A stretch of DNA of 42,569 bases. Origin: a virus. Lineage: Duplodnaviria; Heunggongvirae; Uroviricota; Caudoviricetes. A program made the translations under genes and the position numbers. The notes under the pieces are model-generated. The model was not told where the DNA came from, ran no database searches, and saw nothing but the letters and a program-made list of their open reading frames with translations. Where the stretch lies: positions 1-42,569 of IMG/VR virus record IMGVR_UViG_2870469529_000003; one strand, 5' to 3'. Below, in pieces: positions 1-8,115 of the stretch; the first letter of the stretch is position 1; every line of letters starts with the position of its first letter.

Positions 1-1158
1 ATGCTCACCGTTAAGCAGATTGAAGCAGCAAAGCCGAAAGAAAAACCATACCGCCTTCTCGATGGTAATGGACTGTACCTTTATGTCCCTGTATCCGGGA
101 AAAAGGTATGGCAGCTTCGCTACAAGATTGACGGCAAGGAGAAAATCCTGACCGTAGGAAAATATCCGCTAATGACTTTGCAGGAGGCAAGAGATAAAGC
201 ATGGACCGCGAGGAAAGACATCTCGGTTGGCATCGATCCGGTAAAAGCGAAAAAGGCTTCGTCTAACAACAATTCCTTTAGTGCGATTTACAAGGAATGG
301 TACGAGCACAAGAAGCAAGTCTGGTCAGTAGGCTATGCAACTGAACTTGCAAAAATGTTTGATGACGACATTTTACCTATCATCGGCGGCCTTGAGATTC
401 AGGATATTGAGCCGATGCAACTGCTGGAAGTAATCCGCAGATTTGAAGATCGCGGCGCAATGGAGCGAGCCAACAAAGCACGCAGAAGATGCGGCGAGGT
501 TTTCCGTTACGCTATTGTCACTGGTAGGGCTAAATATAACCCGGCACCTGACCTTGCTGACGCCATGAAGGGATACCGCAAGAAGAACTTCCCGTTTCTT
601 CCTGCAGACCAGATCCCGGCATTCAACAAAGCACTGGCAACATTTTCAGGAAGTATCGTATCGCTCATTGCGACCAAAGTTTTACGCTACACAGCCCTAA
701 GAACGAAAGAGCTTCGTTCCATGCTATGGAAGAACGTCGATTTTGAAAACAGGATTATCACCATCGACGCCAGTGTGATGAAGGGACGCAAAATTCATGT
801 GGTCCCGATGTCAGACCAGGTGGTTGAACTTCTCACTACGCTAAGCTCCATCACCAAACCAGTATCAGAGTTTGTTTTTGCCGGACGCAACGATAAGAAG
901 AAGCCAATCTGCGAGAACGCGGTGCTACTTGTGATCAAACAAATCGGCTATGAGGGTCTGGAAAGCGGTCACGGATTCAGGCATGAATTCAGCACGATTA
1001 TGAACGAGCACGAATGGCCTGCTGACGCTATTGAAGTGCAACTGGCACATGCCAATGGCGGATCTGTGCGCGGGATTTACAACCATGCTCAGTATCTCGA
1101 TAAGCGCAGAGAAATGATGCAGTGGTGGGCGGACTGGCTTGATGAAAAGGTGGAGTGA
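1..1158 (+). CDS. intS: Tyrosine integrase, P4/IntS family (385 aa)
   Basis: N-terminal MLTVKQIEAAKPKEKPYRLLDGNGLYLYV (DUF4102-type arm-binding domain) and C-terminal catalytic domain (HGFRHEF...AHANGGSVRGIY); matches my recollection of K-12 IntS. Confidence 0.9.
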   Translation: MLTVKQIEAAKPKEKPYRLLDGNGLYLYVPVSGKKVWQLRYKIDGKEKILTVGKYPLMTLQEARDKAWTARKDISVGIDPVKAKKASSNNNSFSAIYKEWYEHKKQVWSVGYATELAKMFDDDILPIIGGLEIQDIEPMQLLEVIRRFEDRGAMERANKARRRCGEVFRYAIVTGRAKYNPAPDLADAMKGYRKKNFPFLPADQIPAFNKALATFSGSIVSLIATKVLRYTALRTKELRSMLWKNVDFENRIITIDASVMKGRKIHVVPMSDQVVELLTTLSSITKPVSEFVFAGRNDKKKPICENAVLLVIKQIGYEGLESGHGFRHEFSTIMNEHEWPADAIEVQLAHANGGSVRGIYNHAQYLDKRREMMQWWADWLDEKVE

Positions 1159-1299
1159 TCCACCTTAACCACTATCGAAGAGCACAAAGCCTTGCAATCC
1201 AGTACAAAACTTTGTTTGTCTCATCAACTACCGCAAGTATCGATCGATTGAGACTTGGATGATAGACTTCATGCCTTTGATTATTAGCTGATAGAAGAA

Positions 1300-1662
1300 A
1301 TGTTAAAGCTATTTGCAAAGTACACCTCTATTGGTGTGCTGAACACCCTTATACACTGGGTGGTTTTTGGTGTTTGTATCTATGTCGCGCATACAAACCA
1401 AGCTCTTGCAAACTTCGCAGGTTTCGTTGTGGCTGTGAGCTTTAGCTTCTTCGCGAATGCAAAATTCACATTCAAGGCATCGACTACAACGATGCGCTAC
1501 ATGCTATATGTTGGGTTCATGGGGACACTGAGTGTTACTGTTGGATGGGCTGCTGATAGATGCGCACTTCCCCCGATGATAACTCTTGTCACCTTCTCCG
1601 CCATCAGCCTGGTGTGCGGTTTCGTCTATTCAAAGTTCATTGTCTTTAGGGATGCGAAATGA
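1300..1662 (+). CDS. gtrA: GtrA-family bactoprenol-linked glucose translocase (flippase), 120 aa
   Basis: Small 4-TM hydrophobic protein immediately upstream of a GT2 glycosyltransferase; resembles K-12 YfdG. Confidence 0.85.
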   Translation: MLKLFAKYTSIGVLNTLIHWVVFGVCIYVAHTNQALANFAGFVVAVSFSFFANAKFTFKASTTTMRYMLYVGFMGTLSVTVGWAADRCALPPMITLVTFSAISLVCGFVYSKFIVFRDAK

Positions 1663-2588
1663 AGATATCTCTTGTAGTTCCTGTCTTCAATGAAGAAGAA
1701 GCGATACCAATTTTTTATAAAACGGTACGTGAATTCGAAGAATTGAAGTCATATGAAGTGGAAATTGTTTTCATAAATGACGGCAGCAAAGACGCTACAG
1801 AGTCAATAATTAATGCTCTGGCTGTTTCAGATCCTCTAGTTGTTCCGCTGTCATTTACACGAAACTTTGGTAAAGAACCAGCATTGTTTGCAGGGTTAGA
1901 CCATGCAACAGGTGATGCCGTTATTCCTATTGATGTTGACCTGCAAGACCCGATTGAGGTCATTCCTCATCTGATTGAAAAGTGGCTAGCAGGTGCTGAC
2001 ATGGTGCTTGCTAAACGATCTGACCGCTCAACGGATGGCAGACTGAAGCGAAAAACGGCTGAGTGGTTCTATAAGCTCCACAATAAAATAAGCAATCCGC
2101 AGATAGAGGAAAATGTTGGAGATTTCAGGCTGATGTCTCGCGAGGTAGTGGAGAATATTAAGATCCTGCCAGAACGCAATCTTTTCATGAAAGGTATTCT
2201 TAGTTGGGTTGGTGGGGATACAGATGTTGTTGAGTATGTCCGCGCTGAGCGTGTAGCTGGCAGCACGAAATTCAATGGGTGGAAATTATGGAATCTGGCG
2301 ATAGAAGGAATAACCAGTTTCTCAACCTTCCCCTTGCGAATCTGGACGTATATCGGCTTAGCGGTAGCTGGATGCGCATTTTTGTATGGTTCATGGATGA
2401 TATTCAACACATTGGCATTTGGTAACGCAGTTCGCGGATATCCTTCACTACTTGTTTCAATCCTGTTTCTTGGTGGGGTACAGCTTATCGGGATAGGTGT
2501 TCTCGGGGAGTACATTGGAAGAATATACATTGAATCTAAAGCAAGACCAAAATATTTATTGAAAGGAAATAATAAAAATGAGAGCTAA
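1659..2588 (+). CDS. gtrB: GtrB-family bactoprenol glucosyltransferase (GT2), 309 aa
   Basis: N-terminal GT2 fold (VVPVFNEEE...INDGSKD...DVDLQDP) plus two C-terminal TM helices; start overlaps gtrA stop by 4 nt. Confidence 0.9.
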   Translation: MKISLVVPVFNEEEAIPIFYKTVREFEELKSYEVEIVFINDGSKDATESIINALAVSDPLVVPLSFTRNFGKEPALFAGLDHATGDAVIPIDVDLQDPIEVIPHLIEKWLAGADMVLAKRSDRSTDGRLKRKTAEWFYKLHNKISNPQIEENVGDFRLMSREVVENIKILPERNLFMKGILSWVGGDTDVVEYVRAERVAGSTKFNGWKLWNLAIEGITSFSTFPLRIWTYIGLAVAGCAFLYGSWMIFNTLAFGNAVRGYPSLLVSILFLGGVQLIGIGVLGEYIGRIYIESKARPKYLLKGNNKNES

Positions 2589-4389
2589 AACTATATATTT
2601 ATTAATATTTGCTTTTGTTATATCAACATATTTAAGTGGACGATTTCCATATAACATAGTAACTAACTCTGACTCAATATACGCCTATTCATTATTTAAA
2701 TCTATATTAACCGGAAATTCAAGTATTTTTGATTGGTACCCATCACCATCACCTTATGTATTCCCTGATCTATTGTTGTACTTTTTTTCTTTCTTGATAG
2801 GTTTTGGCGATGTGTTTTACGTACCTCTGGTTTATATTGTGTTGCAAATGTCATTGTTTTATATAAGCATAATATACATGCTGCGTAACTTATTCAATGA
2901 TAAAAATCACAGTGAATTATCATTATTGATTCTTTTGTCTTCAATTTTTATGGCATATTATTATGAGACTTACTCTATAATGCTAACGCCATTATTTCAC
3001 TTCGGTGTTTTAATTGCGTGCTTTTTTTCAATTGGATTATTATATGGAAGGGAAAACAAATCGCCAACAAAATACTTTGCACTATATGTTTTATCGTTTA
3101 TAAGCTCTTATTCTGATAACATGTATGTGATCTGGTTTTCTTTACCATCAACTGGAATAGCGATTACTTTATTAATCTTAAAAAATGATAAAAAGTATTT
3201 ACTGCCATCTTTTCTTTGCCTTGCAGCATCTCTATTAGGTATGCTCTCAACAAGGTATTTATTTATTAACTCAAGCATGTATGGCTATTCATTTAACGAG
3301 TCTGTCATCACAAATAACTTAATTGATGCATTCAATATTTTTTCATATTCATGGTATGGTTGCTTATTGCTAATATCTTTATTTATAATTGCTATTTACT
3401 CAGCTAAGTGCACAATAGAAAAAAACTATGGTGTGAAGTTTATAATTTCACTTTATTACATATATTCTTTTTTATCTACTTTAATCATCTTATCATTCCA
3501 AGATTCACTACCGCAGGCCGATAGGTACTACTCAATATCATTCTTTATGATGTTTCCTATGATATTTTATGTGTTTTTGTCTTTTGTAAAGATAAAACAT
3601 ATAACTTACGTATGCGCATTTTTCATTATTTTGGTTTTTTTATCTCTTCCTCATGTTAGCTTTATAGGTGCTGATCAGCAATGTTTGATACAAAACATTA
3701 AGTCAACCAATATCCGCAATGGAGTTTCTGGTTATTGGGATTCGAAAAGGCTAATGGCATACGATGATACATTATCAATATCACAAGTTGACCAAAATAT
3801 GAATGCATACAGATGGATAACATCTGAGACGCAATATCACAATGACGCTTATTTTGCGATATTAAATAACAATGACAGCCAGTCTATTAGGTATGATGCA
3901 TTAATAAATTTAAACGGCAATCCTTCACATGTAGGGCAATGTGGTGATTATAAAGTTTTGTTTTATAATAAACCAATAATAATAAACTCACTAAAAAATG
4001 TAGGTGATACATCAATTTTTAGTGGCGCACTCCTTAACTACGCTAATTACAAAAAGGATGGTAATATAATCTATCCTGCGGATGATTTTTCTGGAGGTAA
4101 CTTTAGCTTTGGTCCATTTGCAAAAGCTTACGAAGGAGATTATGAATATGTAGTAACAATTAAAAACAATAAAATGGAAGATGTAAATGGTTATATTGAT
4201 GTGGCAAATAAAAGTGGGAAAAACATTATCGACATAAATAACTTCAACTCAAACAGTTCTGTTATAAAGGTTAGCGGGAAATTCTCAATAAATTCCGATG
4301 ATAACAACACCAACCTAGAGATAAGGACGTTTCTTAGACATAGATATGATATCAGCATTGATAATATATACATAAAAAAAACAAAATAA
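2578..4389 (+). CDS. Serotype-specific O-antigen glucosyltransferase (GtrC-type), 603 aa: polytopic membrane domain plus ~200-aa hydrophilic N/D/S-rich C-terminal domain
   Basis: Third gene of the gtr operon, overlaps gtrB by 11 nt; many predicted TM helices; visibly AT-rich compared with neighbours. Confidence 0.6.
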   Translation: MRAKTIYLLIFAFVISTYLSGRFPYNIVTNSDSIYAYSLFKSILTGNSSIFDWYPSPSPYVFPDLLLYFFSFLIGFGDVFYVPLVYIVLQMSLFYISIIYMLRNLFNDKNHSELSLLILLSSIFMAYYYETYSIMLTPLFHFGVLIACFFSIGLLYGRENKSPTKYFALYVLSFISSYSDNMYVIWFSLPSTGIAITLLILKNDKKYLLPSFLCLAASLLGMLSTRYLFINSSMYGYSFNESVITNNLIDAFNIFSYSWYGCLLLISLFIIAIYSAKCTIEKNYGVKFIISLYYIYSFLSTLIILSFQDSLPQADRYYSISFFMMFPMIFYVFLSFVKIKHITYVCAFFIILVFLSLPHVSFIGADQQCLIQNIKSTNIRNGVSGYWDSKRLMAYDDTLSISQVDQNMNAYRWITSETQYHNDAYFAILNNNDSQSIRYDALINLNGNPSHVGQCGDYKVLFYNKPIIINSLKNVGDTSIFSGALLNYANYKKDGNIIYPADDFSGGNFSFGPFAKAYEGDYEYVVTIKNNKMEDVNGYIDVANKSGKNIIDINNFNSNSSVIKVSGKFSINSDDNNTNLEIRTFLRHRYDISIDNIYIKKTK

Positions 4390-4394
4390 CATCA

Positions 4395-4447
4395 TTTCCA
4401 CCACACCCACACACATACATTATATTTGATGTGTGGGTGTGGTGGAA
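4395..4447. terminator. Bidirectional hairpin terminator between convergent gtrC and tailspike
   Basis: Near-perfect inverted repeat TTCCACCACACCCACACACAT / ATGTGTGGGTGTGGTGGAA around a ~12-nt loop, with A-run upstream and T-rich tract downstream. Confidence 0.6.
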
Positions 4448-4453
4448 TATTAT

Positions 4454-6382
4454 TTAACTTGTAAAAACATTAACTAGCGTTATCTTTCCGCCTGGACGTT
4501 TATATATATAGCTATATCTATCATTATCCGGGGAAATTATTGTCTGACTGCTGTATTCTATGGCTAACATCGGTGTATTAATAGTGTACTCATTGTCTGC
4601 ATAAATGGCATATGAATCACTTTGTTCTGCCTTAAATACACAAGCAGCACCGATAGTACATCTGGTACTTGGTGATAATGTTCTGATAGCTGCTTTGTTT
4701 TCAGTGCCAGAATCAGAGTTTGTACCCCAGTTATTAAACTCAACTGCATCTATGGTCAATGAGCATTCATCACCCAATACTATTGGATTATTATTTACGC
4801 CTCTAATACTGCCAGCAGAAAATGACATAGATGTAGAATTAGTTGCATTAAGGAAGTTATAGGTACGTCGACTGGGTGTGCTGTATTCTCCCATGCCAAG
4901 TGCATCAAAAGAAGACATAACAAAACCATTAACTTTATCAGCCCTTATAGCTGTCATGTTAGTATTCAATGCGGTTGATGCGTGAACAAAATGAGCGTTA
5001 GATATTTGCACAGATTCTACTTTACGTACTGAGTTTCCGTACAGTGCTAAAATCGGGATAGATACTCCTGAAGTATTAGTTGTCTCACCAATATAAATAT
5101 TACTAAGCGCGGTATTTATATGATTTGTTGAAGTATCTTGTGGCTCTAAAGCTATAGCTCCAATATCATATCCTCCATTGCAAAATATATTGCTAGCTCG
5201 ATTGCCACCGGCTGATAACCTTAATGGGCAGCTTCCTCCGTACACTTCCACAGTGTCTAGAACAGAGTCGCTGTACACACGTATGCCACCTCCCGTTGCA
5301 CGGATTGAGATATCTGATGCATCGGTAGCTTCGCAATAAATATCTCGAAATCTTGCAAGTCCTTGACCGTCATAGATAAACCATGTATTGAATCTCTTGC
5401 CAGTTAACTTCTCGTAATACCACCCAGCACCGCGAGTATGCAGTATGGCGTGATTGCACCTCCACTCCCCGTCGAACTGGATGTTTTTGAACTTAATGCT
5501 GTCCTGGCCATCATTAGACTCACCGGAACTAAAGATAAAGTTCTGATTATCATTTAGTGGTTTTATTACGGTAGTGCCAGTATATGCCTGATTAGCGCCC
5601 TGACCTAAAAATGTCAGGCCTTGGGTATGTCCGGGTATAGTGCAGGGTGACATTCTAAGCTCTCCTTTTGGGAGAATAATGTGTCGCACGCCAGCATCTA
5701 TAGCTCTCAGTATTGCTGGGGTTTGGTCAGCAATATGAACTCCACCACCATAGTTTTCAATGTGATCTGAAACAGGTTCTTTTTTCCAGTTGGTATCTAC
5801 TGTCGGTGTAGTGGGAACCATTGAACCTGGTGTGATTTCCCCCTTGTATGAGTAGTATTCATTATTAAATTTGAATGCCTGTAGCGCAGAGTGCAATGGT
5901 GAATTGCTACCAAAATATCCAGATGGAATAAATGGATGCAAATCATATTGCTGTAATTCAAATAGTTTTATTGCATTATCAAGCGTAGAATCTTCATATC
6001 CAACAAGTGAGGCCCCTTCAGGACCAGATAACTCTTTCCTTAGCTGATCAGGATCATACTTCAGCACATTAGGAAAATAGAACTGCTGTGCACCATACGC
6101 ATCATAAACAGCCATAGAATGGCCTTGCACGGTAACGAATTTGGCAATCTGTCCGTTATATACCGGATAACCAGCAGCGTTAATGATGATTGGTTGAGAA
6201 ACAGGAACGTGAGAGCCGTCTTCGTTCTCCACATAAACCTGAATCTGGTTTTCTGGATTTACCGGATCAGTGTCAATTTTACCGATATAAATTTTACCAT
6301 TGGCTACGGCTTTAAAAGAACGCGCCATAGTGAAGAGTTGCGATGGCATTGATACGATCACATTGGCTGTAATGTCTGTCAT
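4454..6382 (-). CDS. Tailspike protein (P22 gp9-like N-terminal head-binding domain, divergent receptor-binding domain)
   Basis: N-terminus [11 protein letters not shown]...[14 protein letters not shown]...LKYDPDQ matches the P22 tailspike head-binding domain; the remainder is a different beta-helix-type domain. Confidence 0.85.
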   Translation of the reverse strand: MTDITANVIVSMPSQLFTMARSFKAVANGKIYIGKIDTDPVNPENQIQVYVENEDGSHVPVSQPIIINAAGYPVYNGQIAKFVTVQGHSMAVYDAYGAQQFYFPNVLKYDPDQLRKELSGPEGASLVGYEDSTLDNAIKLFELQQYDLHPFIPSGYFGSNSPLHSALQAFKFNNEYYSYKGEITPGSMVPTTPTVDTNWKKEPVSDHIENYGGGVHIADQTPAILRAIDAGVRHIILPKGELRMSPCTIPGHTQGLTFLGQGANQAYTGTTVIKPLNDNQNFIFSSGESNDGQDSIKFKNIQFDGEWRCNHAILHTRGAGWYYEKLTGKRFNTWFIYDGQGLARFRDIYCEATDASDISIRATGGGIRVYSDSVLDTVEVYGGSCPLRLSAGGNRASNIFCNGGYDIGAIALEPQDTSTNHINTALSNIYIGETTNTSGVSIPILALYGNSVRKVESVQISNAHFVHASTALNTNMTAIRADKVNGFVMSSFDALGMGEYSTPSRRTYNFLNATNSTSMSFSAGSIRGVNNNPIVLGDECSLTIDAVEFNNWGTNSDSGTENKAAIRTLSPSTRCTIGAACVFKAEQSDSYAIYADNEYTINTPMLAIEYSSQTIISPDNDRYSYIYKRPGGKITLVNVFTS

Positions 6383-6439
6383 TTAATTTGCTCCAGATAC
6401 AAGGAATCACCGCAGCATGGCTACGGCAATGCGTCATTG

Positions 6440-6454
6440 AGACCACAGTGGTCT
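6440..6454. promoter_or_regulatory. Candidate Mnt operator, perfect 7-1-7 palindrome AGACCACAGTGGTCT
   Basis: Perfect dyad in the 135-bp gap between tailspike start and mnt start; same architecture as the symmetric P22 Mnt operator. Confidence 0.5.
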
Positions 6455-6517
6455 TATTGTGGATATAACCAGTAGATCATATGATGCCGATCCACTTACA
6501 AAAGTGAGGCATCAAGA

Positions 6518-6769
6518 ATGGGAAGAGATGACCCGCAATTTAATCTGCGGCTACCTTACGAATTAAAGGAAAAACTAAAACAGCGAGCCAAATCCAATGG
6601 CCGCTCTCTTAATTCAGAATTAGTTCAGATAGTGACTGATGCTGTATCAAAGCCATCCAAAATTTCAGGCTATCGAGACGATGCGGAACGCATCGCTGAT
6701 GAGCAGTCTGAACTTGTTAAGAAGATGGTGTTTGATACGCTGAAGGATTTGTACAAAAAACCCACCTGA
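6518..6769 (+). CDS. mnt: Mnt-like ribbon-helix-helix repressor (83 aa)
   Basis: MGRDDPQFNLRLPYELKEKLKQRAKSNGRSLNSELVQIV... is an Arc/Mnt-type RHH; same length and C-terminal tail (DAERIADEQSELVKKMVFDTLKDLYKK) as I recall for P22 Mnt. Confidence 0.8.
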   Translation: MGRDDPQFNLRLPYELKEKLKQRAKSNGRSLNSELVQIVTDAVSKPSKISGYRDDAERIADEQSELVKKMVFDTLKDLYKKPT

Positions 6770-6780
6770 CGGTGGGTTTC
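6750..6780. terminator. Bidirectional terminator hairpin between convergent mnt and the 322-aa gene
   Basis: AAAAAACCCACC-TGAC-GGTGGGTTTCAT: stem flanked by an A-run on one side and T-run on the other. Confidence 0.55.
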
Positions 6781-6784
6781 ATAA

Positions 6785-7753
6785 TTAGATTTCTGGTTTC
6801 ATTCTTCCGAAAACCTTTTCTATTCCTTTTTCGTATTCTTCTCTTGTCTCACTCATCGCTGCGACACCAAGAAGCTTACCGATATGCTGACGCAAAGCCT
6901 TGACACCAATTTCAGAAAGGAACAGATGCAACTTATCAGATTGTTTTCCGTTCTCGTCTCGGCTGGCTCTAATTTGTTCAAGGATTTTACCTTTACTCTT
7001 TGCTAGCGGGGTGTATATCTGCATGTTGGTTAGCTGCCCAAAACGAATAGGCCGTCCTTTCTCTGGCCTATTCAGGCCGTACAGTCGATACCACTCCTCG
7101 TATAGCTCATCTGGAAATTCCTTTTCATATTGACGAGCCTCTTCACGAACAAACGCTTTGAACTCGTCAATGACAGCCTGAACTTCTGGACGATAACCAG
7201 CAAGCGCATACGCAACCCCCTTAATTCCCGCCTTAGCGGAGGCATTAATAAGTCTCTGTGCTGCGGCGGCTGCCTTTAACCGTGATTGTGGTAGATCGTC
7301 ATTATCTTTGGCTTCTATTAGTGCCCTACCAATATCAACAATTGCTGTAATGTCATAACCTAACGCTTGATGAACGGTTTTAGACTTCGAAGTAAGTTGA
7401 AATTTATAGGGATTTTCCATTTTTCGCTGCAATTCTAGATCTCGGTATTTGCTCATATACTGAGCGCCAAGCAGTTGATCTAAATCCCTGGCATGTTCAC
7501 CAATCCCTAGCAACTGAGATAATCCAGTTTTCGTAACAACGACAGTTTTCGACTCGTCATCCAGTACATAACATTCAGCGTCAATGCCAAAATCATCTAA
7601 AAAGTTACCACGATGAGTTGCCCTGAGAATCTTACTTTTCCATCTTGCAGCAGCTGCTTTCTTTGCTATTTCAGAACGCTGCTCTTTAGTCAGCGACTTT
7701 GCGCGAGCGATCCCGCCCTTAGCTTTCCCTTCGCCACTTTTCTTTTCAGTCAT
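6785..7753 (-). CDS. Hypothetical protein (322 aa from MTEKKSG...), basic N-terminal segment, function unknown; occupies the immI/sieA cargo slot
   Basis: Long ORF; plausible start at 7753 preceded by AAAGG; N-terminus GGIARAKSLTKEQRSEIAKKAAAARW looks like a DNA-binding motif; own promoter upstream. Confidence 0.7.
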   Translation of the reverse strand: MTEKKSGEGKAKGGIARAKSLTKEQRSEIAKKAAAARWKSKILRATHRGNFLDDFGIDAECYVLDDESKTVVVTKTGLSQLLGIGEHARDLDQLLGAQYMSKYRDLELQRKMENPYKFQLTSKSKTVHQALGYDITAIVDIGRALIEAKDNDDLPQSRLKAAAAAQRLINASAKAGIKGVAYALAGYRPEVQAVIDEFKAFVREEARQYEKEFPDELYEEWYRLYGLNRPEKGRPIRFGQLTNMQIYTPLAKSKGKILEQIRASRDENGKQSDKLHLFLSEIGVKALRQHIGKLLGVAAMSETREEYEKGIEKVFGRMKPEI

Positions 7754-7754
7754 A

Positions 7755-7844
7755 ATGCAAGCACCTTTGTTGTGATGTATGCTTGCATTATATGCACTGT
7801 ACACACATACAAGCAAGCATAAAACTAAAACAAAATGCTTGCAT
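7755..7844 (-). promoter_or_regulatory. Promoter (-35 TTGCTT, 18-nt spacer, -10 TATAAT) bracketed by two inverted-repeat pairs of the 9-10-bp motif ATGCAAGCA / ATGCTTGCAT
   Basis: Motif copies at ~7755-7763, 7779-7788, 7812-7820 and 7835-7844 in alternating orientation; perfect TATAAT on the minus strand at ~7787-7792. Confidence 0.5.
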
Positions 7845-7909
7845 TACAACCGCGCTACTCCAACTACACATTATCATCTGGTATCCTGCTCAAAACTAAG
7901 GAGGTTGGT

Positions 7910-8098
7910 GTGAAGAAAAAATTTGTAAACGTTGCAAAGTGCGCAATTTTTATATTTTTTATGACCTTTTACGGATTTAGTGCCGGAGAAGGTTTCGATC
8001 GTGATGCCAATGCATTCAGTTTCTTTTGTCTGTCTATAGTGGTCATAATTGTATGGGTGGAGTTAAAGCAAACATTGTTTCATGTGCTAGGGAAATAA
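7910..8098 (+). CDS. Small hydrophobic (probably membrane) protein, 62 aa from a GTG start
   Basis: AGGAGG 5 nt upstream of GTG at 7910; sequence VKKKFVNVAKCAIFIFFMTFYGF...SFFCLSIVVIIVWVEL has two hydrophobic segments; transcribed divergently from the late operon. Confidence 0.4.
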   Translation: MKKKFVNVAKCAIFIFFMTFYGFSAGEGFDRDANAFSFFCLSIVVIIVWVELKQTLFHVLGK

Positions 8099-8115
8099 CC
8101 ATCCATGGCTTTCCG

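Noticed and set aside
1159-1299. Possible Dam/OxyR phase-variation switch upstream of gtrA
   Set aside because: I find only a single GATC in this interval, not the paired GATC clusters expected for a gtr phase-variation switch.
6119-6352. 77-aa plus-strand ORF inside the tailspike gene
   Set aside because: Antisense to a well-supported long CDS, no RBS, low-complexity translation; probably a chance ORF.
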